Positions 11,863 to 23,488 of a stretch of DNA of 64,000 nt are shown here, in pieces (positions within the stretch are counted from its first letter, which is position 1; each line of letters starts with the position of its first letter). The position numbers and the translations under genes were made by a program. The notes beneath the pieces were generated by a model that saw nothing but the letters and a program-made list of their open reading frames with translations, did not search any database and was not told the DNA's origin. Source of the stretch: Minutocellus sp. GHC0000111 (lineage: Eukaryota); NCBI GenBank assembly GCA_977018835.1, contig OZ361260.1, positions 3,038,001 through 3,102,000 on the forward strand, in the 5' to 3' direction.

Positions 11863-12139
11863 AACTCGAAAGGTACCGCCGCTGTCCCGCGTCGCGCGTC
11901 GCCACCCATGACATTTTCCGCAAAGCCGAGGGACAAAACAAGGATATGTGCCGGACTGCCTCTTTCGCCTATTTCGCCGGATTTCGCGGCAATCGCAATC
12001 GCAATAACACTCGCCTCAGAAGTCGCCAATCCGTCACATTTATTGCATCCACTCAAAGCTCCAAACTACCTAGAGCTAGCTAGAGCTACGTAGTAGTACT
12101 AACCTGCTTTCCTTCCATTCATCCGTTCGTTGACTCCAC

Positions 12140-13150
12140 ATGTCACCCATCAAGTCCCTCTACCGCCGCGCCATCGATGACCAGGCTGTTGCCATGTGTG
12201 CTGCTGCTACGTATGCCCCCTCGCGAATGCAGCAGCCATCATCAATACTAGTAGTGACGCCCTTCCATCCCCTTCCATTCTCCTCCCTTGCGGCTCCAGC
12301 CACTTCTACCGGCCAATCGACCACAGGCGCGTCAACGTCTGCCCCCATCCCAACTCCAGTTGTCTCTCCGCCCACGACCACAGATGTTGACGTCTACGTG
12401 CTTGACTGCATTTCCAGTATCAGCAGCAATACTTCTGAAAGTGCGCCCAGCACTGGCGCTGATTCTTCCTCTACTGCTACGCCCCACATGACCAAGAAGG
12501 AACGGCGCCTCATCATGAATCGCAACTCTGCCCGCCTTCGTCGCAAGCGTCACGCCGAGAAGATGGACAAGATGCAAGGTACCGTCCGCGATCTGGAGAT
12601 CAGCAACAAGCGCATGCGCACCGAGAACGACGAGCTTCGCAAGGCCATCGCCGACCTCAAGGCGCTGGTGGAGGAAAGGAATCAAGCAATGCCTGCAAGC
12701 AGTGTCGCCACTATCGCTCCTGATGGTGCAGCTTCTCCCCAATCTGTTGCATCTGCTAAAGTGGACGCTACTACATACGAGTCATTGGCTGCCTCGGCAC
12801 TGGCCAAGTGCGCAAGAATCAGCGCCGCTCCAGAAAAGCAAGGGGAGGAAATCTCTCCGAAGACCACGCTTGTCAAGCCTACCATGCCACCCAAATACAT
12901 GACTGTAGATGCCAACAATACCCTCTTTCGCTCCTACCTTCTCTGCCGTGCTGCCTCCCTGCGTCTGTTCACGAGAAATTCCTCTGCTGAAGATAAAACG
13001 TCCTTCGATGTTTCTACCAATGTCCCTTCCAGCAGCATTCAGCCCAGTACTTCTAGATCTACTGGAGTTGACATGACCTCAACCACCGACGAGATTGAAG
13101 CCACAAAGCTTGCTGCTCAGCAGCTCACTGCTCTGGCCTTCATGGGATAA
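12140..13150 (+). CDS. bZIP transcription factor
   Basis: KKERRLIMNRNSARLRRKRH basic region followed by heptad zipper (MQGTVRDLEISNKRMRTENDELRKAIADLK). Confidence 0.9.
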   Translation: MSPIKSLYRRAIDDQAVAMCAAATYAPSRMQQPSSILVVTPFHPLPFSSLAAPATSTGQSTTGASTSAPIPTPVVSPPTTTDVDVYVLDCISSISSNTSESAPSTGADSSSTATPHMTKKERRLIMNRNSARLRRKRHAEKMDKMQGTVRDLEISNKRMRTENDELRKAIADLKALVEERNQAMPASSVATIAPDGAASPQSVASAKVDATTYESLAASALAKCARISAAPEKQGEEISPKTTLVKPTMPPKYMTVDANNTLFRSYLLCRAASLRLFTRNSSAEDKTSFDVSTNVPSSSIQPSTSRSTGVDMTSTTDEIEATKLAAQQLTALAFMG

Positions 13151-13274
13151 AAGTGTGTGTACTACAGTCAGATCGTATTTTTCTTCTTAGTAGGAGGCGA
13201 GGGTACGCATAAGATTGTGCAGTAATATGAACTTAATTAATAGGTAGCGACGCACTACTGCTAATGCTGACTAG

Positions 13275-14618
13275 CTAGCTTTTCTTAAACAAATTGTTGA
13301 GTTTGTTCAAATCGTCGGCGCTTGGAAGGCCATCTCCGGCCCCACCCATGCCGCCACCGTAATCATCGTCGTCGTCATCCCCAGGAGTGGGTCGAATTGG
13401 CTTCCTTGGTCGTCTTCTTGGCGGTTCTGGCTCATCATCATCGTCGTCTTCATCATCACCTTCATCGTCGTTGTTCCCAACATCGTCGTCTTCACCTTCG
13501 GATGCGTCGGTAATATAGCGCAATTCGTCGGCAATCTCCTCGTCCGTTGCCGTGGCGTTGGTTTCCAACTTGAGCCCCAGCTCCTTTGCCTGTTCCCCCA
13601 GAATTTCGATGCTGGTCTCAACCTTCTTCTGCTCTTTGTTCCACTGCCATCCTTCGTATCCAAAGCAAGACACTGCGCAGCCACCTCCGGCAATAAGAAT
13701 AACCTTCGCCTGGATGTTTGATTTAGCTTTGTCGCTCATACCGGTCGCGCCAGGAGGCCGGGTCATGTAGCCGCACTGGGACGCACCCGGAGCGCCCATG
13801 CCAGGTGCCGCCGCCGCAGCTGCAGCAGCAGCACCCCCGTCGGAAAGGAGATTGCCATCCCCAGAGGCAAAGTCCTCGTCGTCGTCTTCATCCTCGTCTC
13901 CATACTCCTCCCATTGCTTCTCCTTCTGACGCTGCTGCCTCCGAAGAGCCCGACGTTCCTTTCGACTTAGCTTCTTGGAGCTGGCGTTGGCATCGGTAAC
14001 ATCAGCAACAGCATCATCTGACTCACCGCCAAAATCATGCAGCAATGTTCCAGTTTCTCCCGTTTCCGGAGTAACGAACGTGCCGTCCTCCGCTTGAATC
14101 GCACCAGGCTTGATACTGCAGGGGACTACTCTTCGATCATCATCCAACATTCGAACAACTGACGCAGGACGCGCCCGAGGTGCCGGTGGAGCACTGGCAG
14201 TAACATCAGCCGCGACAGCCGATCCAGGTCGAAGGCGGAGGGCTGTAAAATGGAGAAGCGCCAGAGACGTAACCTTTGCGACCTTCCTCATCCTTTGACG
14301 AAATCTCAAACTGAGTCTCTTCTTGGATGGAGCTTCGATGCCATCGATTTCATCACGACCATCGTTACTGTCTCTCTCGGATGCCGAAAGTTTGCTCCCA
14401 AATTCAAGTGTGGGAGCTTTCACAATTGGGCTTGATGCGGTCTGCTGCCATCTTGATAGTGGTGGCATTTGACGACATCCGTTGGTTCGGAAGGCAATGC
14501 CAGCAGATGCAAAGCATGACGACCCATCATTAATGCCTGCCGCATTCGCGAGAACAGCCGGCGCAAGGAACAACAAAAGGGCCAGAGAAGGGGCAAATCT
14601 AGACGTGATTGCCACCAT
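13275..14618 (-). CDS. Hypothetical protein with signal peptide and acidic low-complexity regions
   Basis: 447-aa ORF, hydrophobic N-terminus, second hydrophobic segment near VILIAGGG. Confidence 0.7.
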   Translation of the reverse strand: MVAITSRFAPSLALLLFLAPAVLANAAGINDGSSCFASAGIAFRTNGCRQMPPLSRWQQTASSPIVKAPTLEFGSKLSASERDSNDGRDEIDGIEAPSKKRLSLRFRQRMRKVAKVTSLALLHFTALRLRPGSAVAADVTASAPPAPRARPASVVRMLDDDRRVVPCSIKPGAIQAEDGTFVTPETGETGTLLHDFGGESDDAVADVTDANASSKKLSRKERRALRRQQRQKEKQWEEYGDEDEDDDEDFASGDGNLLSDGGAAAAAAAAAPGMGAPGASQCGYMTRPPGATGMSDKAKSNIQAKVILIAGGGCAVSCFGYEGWQWNKEQKKVETSIEILGEQAKELGLKLETNATATDEEIADELRYITDASEGEDDDVGNNDDEGDDEDDDDDEPEPPRRRPRKPIRPTPGDDDDDDYGGGMGGAGDGLPSADDLNKLNNLFKKS

Positions 14619-15230
14619 TGTGTGCTATTTTCTCTCAACCTATTCTGTGAGTTGATAGGACTGACAGATACCGAAAATCCAAAAGTAGGCAATGGGAACA
14701 CGTGGAGCCGGCGGGAGTGTTGATCAAAGGTGCGAGCAAAAAGCTACGAATGTGGCTGAGCGCAAAATTTGCGATGGCCACGTAAGCTCAATGAGAATAA
14801 ATCTTTTTCTGGCTCGGTTCGAATAGCCCGGAGCTAATGCATGCAGAGCAGCGTTCCTCTCGCAAGAAGGGTCTCAATAGCCATGTTGAAGTCGCTCCAC
14901 GAGGGCGAGGGCCCAACCAAGCCAACCAAGTGCGTGTTTTCGATCCGCCGGACTCATTACCTTTTACATCATTATGACATCATCAAATATCCGTATACGA
15001 TACGGGGCTCACCCAAAAGATCCCCAAAGGTAATTCCCCCTCACGATCAGCACATCATGTGTTTTGCTTCTTGGCACTTGGCGTATCCAAGCAAAGCAAG
15101 AGGGCATTACTACAATTGATTACTACCCAACAGACGGCTCATCTCCGCGACCATACAACGTAGCGCACGAATTAAGTCTCTCTCCCATCCCCACCATACC
15201 AGCGTTCGTCTGCGCGCACGACAATTTAAA

Positions 15231-17921
15231 ATGACTACCGGCGTGCCCATCTCAACCGCGCACGCCAGCCTTGCCACCCTCCTTCCGCCGGAATGCACGT
15301 ACACAGCTTTGGACTTCCGACGTGCCCTCCGCCGCTATCGAAGGCATATCATTCGCCTTAGCATTGGGCGTATGGATGAGGATGGGGAATATGTCCACAA
15401 TGCGTCGTCATCTCTAGTGTGCAGCACTACTACTCGTAGTAGTGCTGCCGAGAATACATCTGACGACACGGAAGCACAAGCACATCATGAACTGGAGGAT
15501 GATGCCTCGCTCCATGATCCGATCCCACTGAATCTCCCCCTCCCCGCGTTGGCCCGGATTATTCACTACTTCTCCACGCCGTCGTCTTGGTCAATGGCAT
15601 CCTGGATCAAACCAAACCTGGACGTCGTATCCTCCGTTCTGGCGGAGGATGCCCAAGTAAAAACACGTGCCAATGCCGATGCCGATTTTGCCGACGCCCT
15701 CCTTTGTGCCATGGATTTTCCTGGATTTGAACTTGGGCCTCTGGGTGCTGTCAGTCCCAGCAAAAGTATTTATGGGTGGCAAAACGGATCCAACGAGAAA
15801 TGCCATGCCAGTGGGGACAGTAGCATCCGGTCATTTCTACGTCTGTTTGCTGCCGCTACCCTTGGCGGCGCCAATGACTCGGCAGTGATGACTCTCGATT
15901 CTCTCGTCGATCGGACCTGGGTTCATAGCCCGGGGGGTCAGCTCGATCTGCTCCTGGGTCTACTTCAGATGGAACGCCGTTGTACATGGACTGGGGACGA
16001 TCGAAATGACATTACCGATGCCCATGTCGATGGCATGTTCTGGGATCTGCTCAGCGATGAGGAGAGGGAGGATGTAAATCAAATTATCGCTGCGAATTCA
16101 AGTGATGCCAAAGAATACAATGGCCTTCCCAATCTGATCGGCCTGGCATCCACCAAAATTCTCCACCTAGTTCTTCAATTTCCGGATCATGTGGGCAATC
16201 CGTCTCTCGGTGAGAAAATTATGAAGTTCCTATTTGGAGCCCACGAAGGAGAGCTTGGCGTCGTCGCTCGATGTCCCGAGGCTTTGGTTTGCAGCTTCAC
16301 TCGTCTTGACAGGCAATTCATGGCAGGGGCCATCACCTTGGGAACTAGGGGCAGACGATTCATGATGGATGCCGTGGAACGGCTTCGAACGGCGTACTTT
16401 TGGCCATTTCAAGAAAGCACTAGTGCTCGAATCGTACGGACTAGATCTGCGGTCTACCGCCGCCTTTGGGAGGTAGCGCCAGATGAAGTTGAAATTGCCT
16501 GTCTCAAGCTCTGGCATGCGGTCGTTGCCAGGGATGGCGTCAATATCCCTGCCGATCGCAAGGTGCTGAGCATTGCAGTCTCCCAAATCGCTTCTATTGT
16601 TCAGCAATCTGCTGATGTTCCCGCTGCAATTTCTACTATCATCGATGGGCAAAAAGATTTCGAGTATCAATTTACGGTTGGGATGTTTCTAGCCGATGCC
16701 CTTGTGTTGGATCTCTCGGAATGGCTTGTCAATTGCGCCAAGATTCCCAAATTTGGCCGAATCTTTGTCGAATCGATTCTCCGTTTCATGGAAAGGGAAT
16801 TTGTGAGGTCCCGGCCGAGGAAAGCTGCATGGAAGGATGGTCTTACCATCCTTAGCCTGGAGAATCTTGCTGCTTTGCTCCATTTCCTCCCCAAAAGTGA
16901 TATTTGCGTCACATGTCCCCGTACCAAGACGAATCTCAAGCGCCTACTAAAGAAGTGCCTCGGCATGCATGGAAGAGATCGTCATTTTATTCGTGTATTC
17001 AAACGGTCCACTCTTCCTACCATTGAAGAAGGCGATGATAATGAGGATGAGGAAATGATGGAGAAGATCGATGCTACTAGTACGTGCCAGCTGGAGAACC
17101 CCCCTGACTTGTTCCTATCTCATCCACTAGAATCAGTCCCTGAAATAATAGAATACGAACCCACTTGGGACACTAGATCTGCAAAGAGCCCCGCGAAGAA
17201 GAAATGGTCTTCCCCTACGTCAGTCAAAGATATTGCCAATATCAGCGCCAGCTGCTCCACCCCTGTGCTCATCAACGCTGAAAATTCTTTAGATGCGCAC
17301 AATTTTCCGATAGCCAAGAAAAACAATGTCCCCATCAGTGCGCACACTTTGAAGGAGGCATTTCAATTGGCACCCATGAAGGCAGGCGGCTCGACCGTCG
17401 CCGAACCAATCGATTTACGCTTCGTCGGCTTAAAGGTGAAGACCACCTTAGATGGGATCCTAGCTCACATTGATACAGCCGCAGATCGCTTGATGGCTGC
17501 AAGCTTGGCTACAGCAGGTCCAGAAAAATCTAGGGGACTCTGCCTCGCGGAGATACCCCGAGATCACGCGATTAAAGGTCATCTATTGGACGCAGCCCTC
17601 TATGTAGAGAAAACGATGGCCGAGCTCGATCCAAATATTCTCGAGGCGACAGAACATGATATTAGTTTGTTCGCTAAGGCAATACTCGACAACCTTTACG
17701 AAGGGCCAATGCATTCGGAGCCCTTCCGACTAGAGGTCCATGTAGGACTTCTTGAGCTTATTCTAGCGCGCATGCCCAAGTTGAAACCAAGCCTCATCGC
17801 TTGGACCAAGAGCAATCATGCTGTTTCCAATCACCAGAGCGACCATCATGTTCATGTCGTCTCATTGCTAGTTTGTGCTGGTCTCATTGAAGAAGAAGAG
17901 GAAGAAGGCTCAAATCTATAG
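15231..17921 (+). CDS. Divergent, shortened CCR4-NOT scaffold (NOT1/CNOT1)-like protein
   Basis: 896-aa ORF; MDFPGFEL, WVHSPGGQLDLL, LDLSEWL...FVESILRFME and C-terminal FAKAILDNLYE...LIAW resemble recalled NOT1 segments. Confidence 0.55.
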   Translation: MTTGVPISTAHASLATLLPPECTYTALDFRRALRRYRRHIIRLSIGRMDEDGEYVHNASSSLVCSTTTRSSAAENTSDDTEAQAHHELEDDASLHDPIPLNLPLPALARIIHYFSTPSSWSMASWIKPNLDVVSSVLAEDAQVKTRANADADFADALLCAMDFPGFELGPLGAVSPSKSIYGWQNGSNEKCHASGDSSIRSFLRLFAAATLGGANDSAVMTLDSLVDRTWVHSPGGQLDLLLGLLQMERRCTWTGDDRNDITDAHVDGMFWDLLSDEEREDVNQIIAANSSDAKEYNGLPNLIGLASTKILHLVLQFPDHVGNPSLGEKIMKFLFGAHEGELGVVARCPEALVCSFTRLDRQFMAGAITLGTRGRRFMMDAVERLRTAYFWPFQESTSARIVRTRSAVYRRLWEVAPDEVEIACLKLWHAVVARDGVNIPADRKVLSIAVSQIASIVQQSADVPAAISTIIDGQKDFEYQFTVGMFLADALVLDLSEWLVNCAKIPKFGRIFVESILRFMEREFVRSRPRKAAWKDGLTILSLENLAALLHFLPKSDICVTCPRTKTNLKRLLKKCLGMHGRDRHFIRVFKRSTLPTIEEGDDNEDEEMMEKIDATSTCQLENPPDLFLSHPLESVPEIIEYEPTWDTRSAKSPAKKKWSSPTSVKDIANISASCSTPVLINAENSLDAHNFPIAKKNNVPISAHTLKEAFQLAPMKAGGSTVAEPIDLRFVGLKVKTTLDGILAHIDTAADRLMAASLATAGPEKSRGLCLAEIPRDHAIKGHLLDAALYVEKTMAELDPNILEATEHDISLFAKAILDNLYEGPMHSEPFRLEVHVGLLELILARMPKLKPSLIAWTKSNHAVSNHQSDHHVHVVSLLVCAGLIEEEEEEGSNL

Positions 17922-18468
17922 CTGCCAACAGTGGAAGGGAAAAAAACCTTTGAAATAATTGAGTTTTGTACCGTATCTGCAAGAACAAATACCCAGCTAT
18001 ATCATGTGGAATACAACATTGTTATGTTACGTCAGTATGGAGAGTGAACTATCAAATACTCCCAATGCTAATGGCGACTCGTTTCGGCTCAAATGAAATC
18101 AATACAAACATTGCGCTTGCTAGCTAGGAATTCCTTCTCAATGTGGATAAAGCTTGCATGAATGTCTCACTTTCGGAATAAAAGGTTCTATCTTCTAGAC
18201 TAATATGTAGAGACTAGCTACATGCCTCGCGATATTTCAGACGTTACGAAACGTATTAGAGCAAAATTACTGGCGAAACTAATCTACACGCCGACGTACT
18301 CATGCCATCAGCTTGGTACAAAGGCAATTCGATTGACAAGCAACCTGCGTTATTATGATCTGATCTAACCAAAGTACTGCCAATGTTCACATGCTTGCCA
18401 TCTCACCGCAAACCACGACGCAGCTTTTTTTGTTCCAGCACAAACATTCACCACAGAAAGTAAACACT

Positions 18469-19329
18469 CTACGAAAGCTTGGCGGCTGCACGCTCGGCCT
18501 TGCGTTCGGCATCGGTGCCCACGTCCTCGTACTGCGCGGCCTGGACAATAGCCTCTGCGTAGCGGCAGTACTTGAAGGTGGCAAGATCGCCAACGGTGTG
18601 CACGTGAAGCTCGGCGAGAAGGCTTCCAGCAGCGTCGCTCACACCCTGCAGGGCGGCAACGGGCGCCTCGACGATTTCCTTCAAGCTCTTGGTCTCGTAG
18701 GCTTTGTCGACCATGTGTTGACGTTTATCATCGAACCCTCGGGACGATCGCCTTCCACCTCAGTTTCGGCCAAGGTTGCAATGGCACGTGCCCATTTGAA
18801 GAACTTGTAGTTGGCCAGATCCTCGACCGTATTGAGTTTGAGCTCAGCAGCAACCTCGGTCGCCTTGGGACCAATTCCCTGCATGGTGGAAACCTCAGCA
18901 GTGACCAGGTCCGTAAAATGCTTGCCCTCGTCATCCTTCATGATCGCCGTGCTGATGTTGAGGGTGTGATCCTCAAAGCCAGTCTGTATGTATTGTTTGG
19001 GATGGGAGACAAGGTGGAAGGGGAGGGAAAGGTGGGTCAGCCCTAGTAGTAGCAGACATCTCGCGCCAAACACCAAAAGCCGCAGCTTGACGAACAAGCA
19101 CTCCAGGCGCTAATAATTCAAAAGCGGTTTATAATCCATTGTTCAAAACGATCAATTCATTGCGCATTGTGCATATCCATAAATAAATATTGGTTTCGGA
19201 TGAAAATGCATTGGGATGAATGAATCTCGAAGCTCCGCCGCCAAACCGAAATGTGCTTTAGTGACTGGGGGGAATATAGATCTATCGGACACGCACCTTG
19301 ACCTTCTTGGGAGCCGGTTCGTCGGACAT
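18469..19329 (-). CDS. Small conserved protein with two internal ~70-aa repeats (QG[IV]..TV.DLA..K[FY])
   Basis: Exon 19297-19329 (MSDEPAPKKVK), GT-AG intron 18984-19296, then two homologous repeats joined across a 1-nt frameshift at ~18716. Confidence 0.7.
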
Positions 19330-19603
19330 GGTTGGTATTAGTGCAAGTGTGGATGGGTGGGGAGGATACCCTTGAGAGCAATATGCGCTCGGCAAGGATG
19401 GCAATAAATAAAATGCGAAAAGCGAACTGTGCAACTGGTGGGAAGATCCAAGACTTTTTTCTCAAGATACTCCAATTTTCGAATGCTAAAGGGAATTGAA
19501 AGATGTCAAAGGGTTCTCTTCGAGCATCCATTCCATCGCATCGGCCGATGGCACGCAAAAGCTTCTCATAAATCAAACGAACCCGAACGCAAACCTACCA
19601 AAC

Positions 19604-20317
19604 ATGAAGTCATCCCTCGCCCTCCTTGCCCGTCGAGCCGCAGTCGTTGCCAGCCGTCGCGGAGTTGCATCGCCAGCTGTTGCCACGACCTTCGTCCGCG
19701 CAGCGTTCAGCACACAAGCAGCCCACGATTTCGAGTCCAACATGGTAAGCGTTGAATGAGAACCTCTGATGAAACATCGGTCAGCCAGTTAGGTACTAGC
19801 TAGCAACGAACCAACTCATGAGCTACGCAGAATGCTTGTTTTCTTGGGCGAATCATTGTGCTTCTTTCACTTTCTTAACTTGTAGGCACACGATTTTTAC
19901 TCACGTATCACAATGTCTCGTGCTACTTTGTCGTTTTTTCAGGATATTATTGACGACGTCAACCATTTGAACGACCCCAAGGTGGCAAGCCAATTCGCTG
20001 TCGAGTCGCCGGATGGAGACTACGATGGCCATCTCGCAGAGGAACTGGCTGAAGTTAAGCGGCTCATTGATGCTCAGGCTGCCTCGGCCGAAGATGCCTC
20101 TGCCATCCTCGCTGATAGGGCCGCCGCTGCAAAGGTTATGGCTGTCGAGAGCCCCGACGGTGAAGTCGATGGTCATATACTGGAAGAACTGGAGGAAGTG
20201 AATCACATTATTGACGAAGCGGCCAAGTACGAGGACAAGGACGCGGTCGAAAAGAGGCACGATTGGGACAAGAAGGAAAGGATTGAAGCCGAAAAACACC
20301 CCGAGCATGACTGGTAG
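19604..20317 (+). CDS. Probable mitochondrial-targeted acidic protein with two AVESPDG repeats
   Basis: Arg/Ala/Ser-rich presequence ending RAAFST; GT-AG intron ~19745-19942; repeats AVESPDGDYDGHL / AVESPDGEVDGHI. Confidence 0.75.
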
Positions 20318-20477
20318 GCGTTCATGTTGGCAACAGAAATTGCTAGTACTGGAAAATCCGCATTTCAGCAAAGATTAGATGTACACCTCGGCGAAAATAT
20401 ACGAAATTATTTTAGCATAGCATTTATTAGAAGTATTCAGGAGTATTTCTTTTTCTCTCCAATTCATCGACAACTAC

Positions 20478-22367
20478 TCATTGTTCCGCTTCAAGCAAGG
20501 CAAGCTTGGGAACTGTGAGCTCAATTTTTGTCCTCTTTGGCTGCTTGGCCAGGTACGAGAGCTGTTCACGAACATGTGATGCTGCGAGAGATCGAAGCAT
20601 GCGTCGAGTCTTCTCGTTGACGATACTAGAATTCGATAAGGCCATGGCTTTGGCATAAATTCGAGCATCCCAAAGCATTCTCCGCTGGCTGAAAGTAGTG
20701 TCTTGAGAGAGTCCGTGGGATGTCTCTTCCGTGAACATTGTAGAGGAATCAGAAGGTAAGAACGAGGGTCTCAAGACAATGCCTGGTCGGTATGGAAGTC
20801 TATGCAAAATGCCGTCACTTGTATTGGATGGAGTTTCAACTTCGGCTTCGATTTCGGCACCACTGTCATAATTATATTCTCGAAGTACGCCCTCGAGATC
20901 GATTGCGCAACCGCTGCCACGAAGAGCGACCTCAAAATTTGGCGACAGCACTCCAAATGGCTGAAAGCAGGCAGATCCATTTTGCCTGGCTTCGATCCAT
21001 TGGACCACATCGTTTGGTGCCTCTATAGAGTCATCATCGTGCAAGAAATCCAAGCCTTTCCGGTTGACATCTATTTCTGAAGGCTTATCCAAGAAATCAA
21101 GTCCTCGTTTATCGATCGGCCAAGATGTGAAGCTTTCGCCCGTGACATTCTCTTGTTCCGGCCCATCCTGACGAAATATATTGACTTGGTCTTTCTCTGA
21201 TTTTTTTTCAATATCACCAGCATTGATCGATGCGTTATCGCTCGAGTCTGCTGGTGCTATTTCGTCACGAATGGAGGAATCCAATCCTTTCCTCTGGACA
21301 TAATATGCTTCTCGATCGAAACGTGAAGGTTCGATTTTTTGCCAGACTTCCGCATCTCCGGCATCGGCTCCTCCCTGCCCATGGATGTCAACCATGATCA
21401 CTTGCCTTGGCAAATGCGCCATGAGACTGGAAGAGATGGCCACCAGCAAATACAATGTCACAGCAATCTTGAGATTAGTGGTCGTCCAACCACCATTGGC
21501 GTTTCGCTCCGTCCTTTGTGTTGACGTGTTGTCGTCCACTGCAACAGGGCTGAAGTTGAGTTCGCTCACGATTCTGTCTACATCATACAGCATGTCATCC
21601 ACAGCCTTGTCCTCTGGACTCATGTTGACAATGCTCCCAGTGACCGTCGTCAGCACACGAACAGGCGTGGACTGCAAGTCAAACGGGATTTCTGACACCA
21701 ATGACGCCGAATCTCGGTCGCATTCGAATGACAATGGAAGGTCAGCCTGGTCAGCACCGCCATTCTCTGAACGGATGGGACTTGCCATCTGTCCCTCGTT
21801 GACGCCCAAAGTGGTTTGGATGCTACGAATCTCCTCGATGAGCTCGCACTCGATTCGGCTGGCCTGTTCGACGAGCCGGTCAAGAGAAGGGAGATTGTGA
21901 TTCGCATCGCTTCCTGGAAGATGTTTGATTGTCGACAGATATTTCTCGGTGGTAGGATGGATGTAAAGATCCTGTCGGAACGAAGGAATGATGGCAGAAG
22001 GAGAAGTCGATGGTTTGGTCGTTTCCCTGGTCGCCGCGTTATCAAACGTAGTTTTGCTCTGGTCATCCCTTTTCAGATTTGCATGAGTGCTCTTTGCGTT
22101 GCCAGCATTGAGATCCTTCAAAGCAAGCCCACTTGGCGCAGAGACTGCTGCCATCTTGGCATGCGCATTTGATGGTTCAATATCAGTAGACAATACCTTT
22201 TTGTTCTTCTTTTTGTTCTTCCTTCTTCGCCTCTTTGATTTCTGCTGCTGGTTGGGTGATGCATCATCGTCGTCACCGTTTTCTTTCGATGGTCTTCTGG
22301 ACGCCACAGGAGTGTCCACGCCGTCCTGCAAAATCTCCCACCTACTGCTTTTACTGCTCGCCCACAT
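20478..22367 (-). CDS. Hypothetical single-pass membrane protein
   Basis: ~630-aa ORF with a basic NLS-like patch and one TM segment (IAVTLYLLVAISSSLM). Confidence 0.65.
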   Translation of the reverse strand: MWASSKSSRWEILQDGVDTPVASRRPSKENGDDDDASPNQQQKSKRRRRKNKKKNKKVLSTDIEPSNAHAKMAAVSAPSGLALKDLNAGNAKSTHANLKRDDQSKTTFDNAATRETTKPSTSPSAIIPSFRQDLYIHPTTEKYLSTIKHLPGSDANHNLPSLDRLVEQASRIECELIEEIRSIQTTLGVNEGQMASPIRSENGGADQADLPLSFECDRDSASLVSEIPFDLQSTPVRVLTTVTGSIVNMSPEDKAVDDMLYDVDRIVSELNFSPVAVDDNTSTQRTERNANGGWTTTNLKIAVTLYLLVAISSSLMAHLPRQVIMVDIHGQGGADAGDAEVWQKIEPSRFDREAYYVQRKGLDSSIRDEIAPADSSDNASINAGDIEKKSEKDQVNIFRQDGPEQENVTGESFTSWPIDKRGLDFLDKPSEIDVNRKGLDFLHDDDSIEAPNDVVQWIEARQNGSACFQPFGVLSPNFEVALRGSGCAIDLEGVLREYNYDSGAEIEAEVETPSNTSDGILHRLPYRPGIVLRPSFLPSDSSTMFTEETSHGLSQDTTFSQRRMLWDARIYAKAMALSNSSIVNEKTRRMLRSLAASHVREQLSYLAKQPKRTKIELTVPKLALLEAEQ

Positions 22368-23488
22368 CACTGCGGTACTGGCAATCTGGTGCTAGGTCCA
22401 CTCAGCTACAGTTGCTGTATCTATCCCTTGAAGAAGAGAACATGCAAACGACAAAAGGATGTCAGTTCGAACGACAGTGATGAATGGCCGTTGCTTTTCC
22501 GTCATTTGAGTCGAACGAGTCCAACAAAACAGGTTTTTGCGTCCAGTTTGCGTCAGGTTTTTCGCCTGGTTTTTGCGTCGCGATCGCGCAGGCTAGCAGG
22601 AGACTACGTAGATCTAGATCTTGAAATCTACGTACATGTAGCTACATGTGTAGGAGATTTCATCTGAAAGCACCTTGAGTTGTTGAGTGTCCAGGCCAAC
22701 ACCAACGGAGTGAAGGCAATGGTGAGTAATGATGCAGCACCGGCCGTGCGGTGGTGGGATATTATGGGGTCACAAGAGACACATGTAGGTGCATCTGGCC
22801 GTCGGCATTTGCAAAAGGCTTTGGGTCAATTTGACTGATGATAAAGTTGATTCCTTTTCTGTATTTTCATTTTATTTCTAAGACAAAAGAATCGGATGGA
22901 GATGATGTCTCTTGCGATATATAACGTTGCTTTGCTTTCCATATTCAGTAAGATTGGCTCCAACCGCACAATGACACAATGCTCGTCTTCCCTTATGATG
23001 CCGGTACGATTGGGAAAAGTTAAACGCGACGATTACATCTCGCTCTTCTTTTTTGGTACTGTACCATGGTATGAGTAACGATTCTAATGACGACCACATG
23101 TTATTCCCAAAGATCTTTTCATTCACATCCTGCTCTGCCTGTGAACTCCCAGCTTGCTTTTTCACAATCGCCACCCGATTCTCTTTTAATATCCCCCCAC
23201 CAACCTCTCAACATAATAACCCTACATGTACTGACAGTATAATCTGACCTACATGTATGGGAACACGTGTTCATTGTATCTTCTGTCTCTTTTTTGTTTA
23301 TTTGATTTTCTCCCCTTTAGATATGCCAACCAAATGCCCTGCAGAATTTCCAGCCACGCAATGGAATGCAAATTTACGAACCACGCGAATGACAATATAT
23401 ATAATGATATTGGCTGCATTGGCTACACGTACAAAATAAATTGCTGCAAATGGCAGATCTGAATCCCCGACGCGGTAAATCTACGTAG

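Noticed and set aside
13660..13780. Cys residues in the 447-aa ORF as spread of Tyr->Cys mutation
   Set aside because: No second copy or ortholog in the window to polarise against
22660..23460. Short ORFs in the AT-richer spacer
   Set aside because: No motifs or coding bias; cannot support a gene or element
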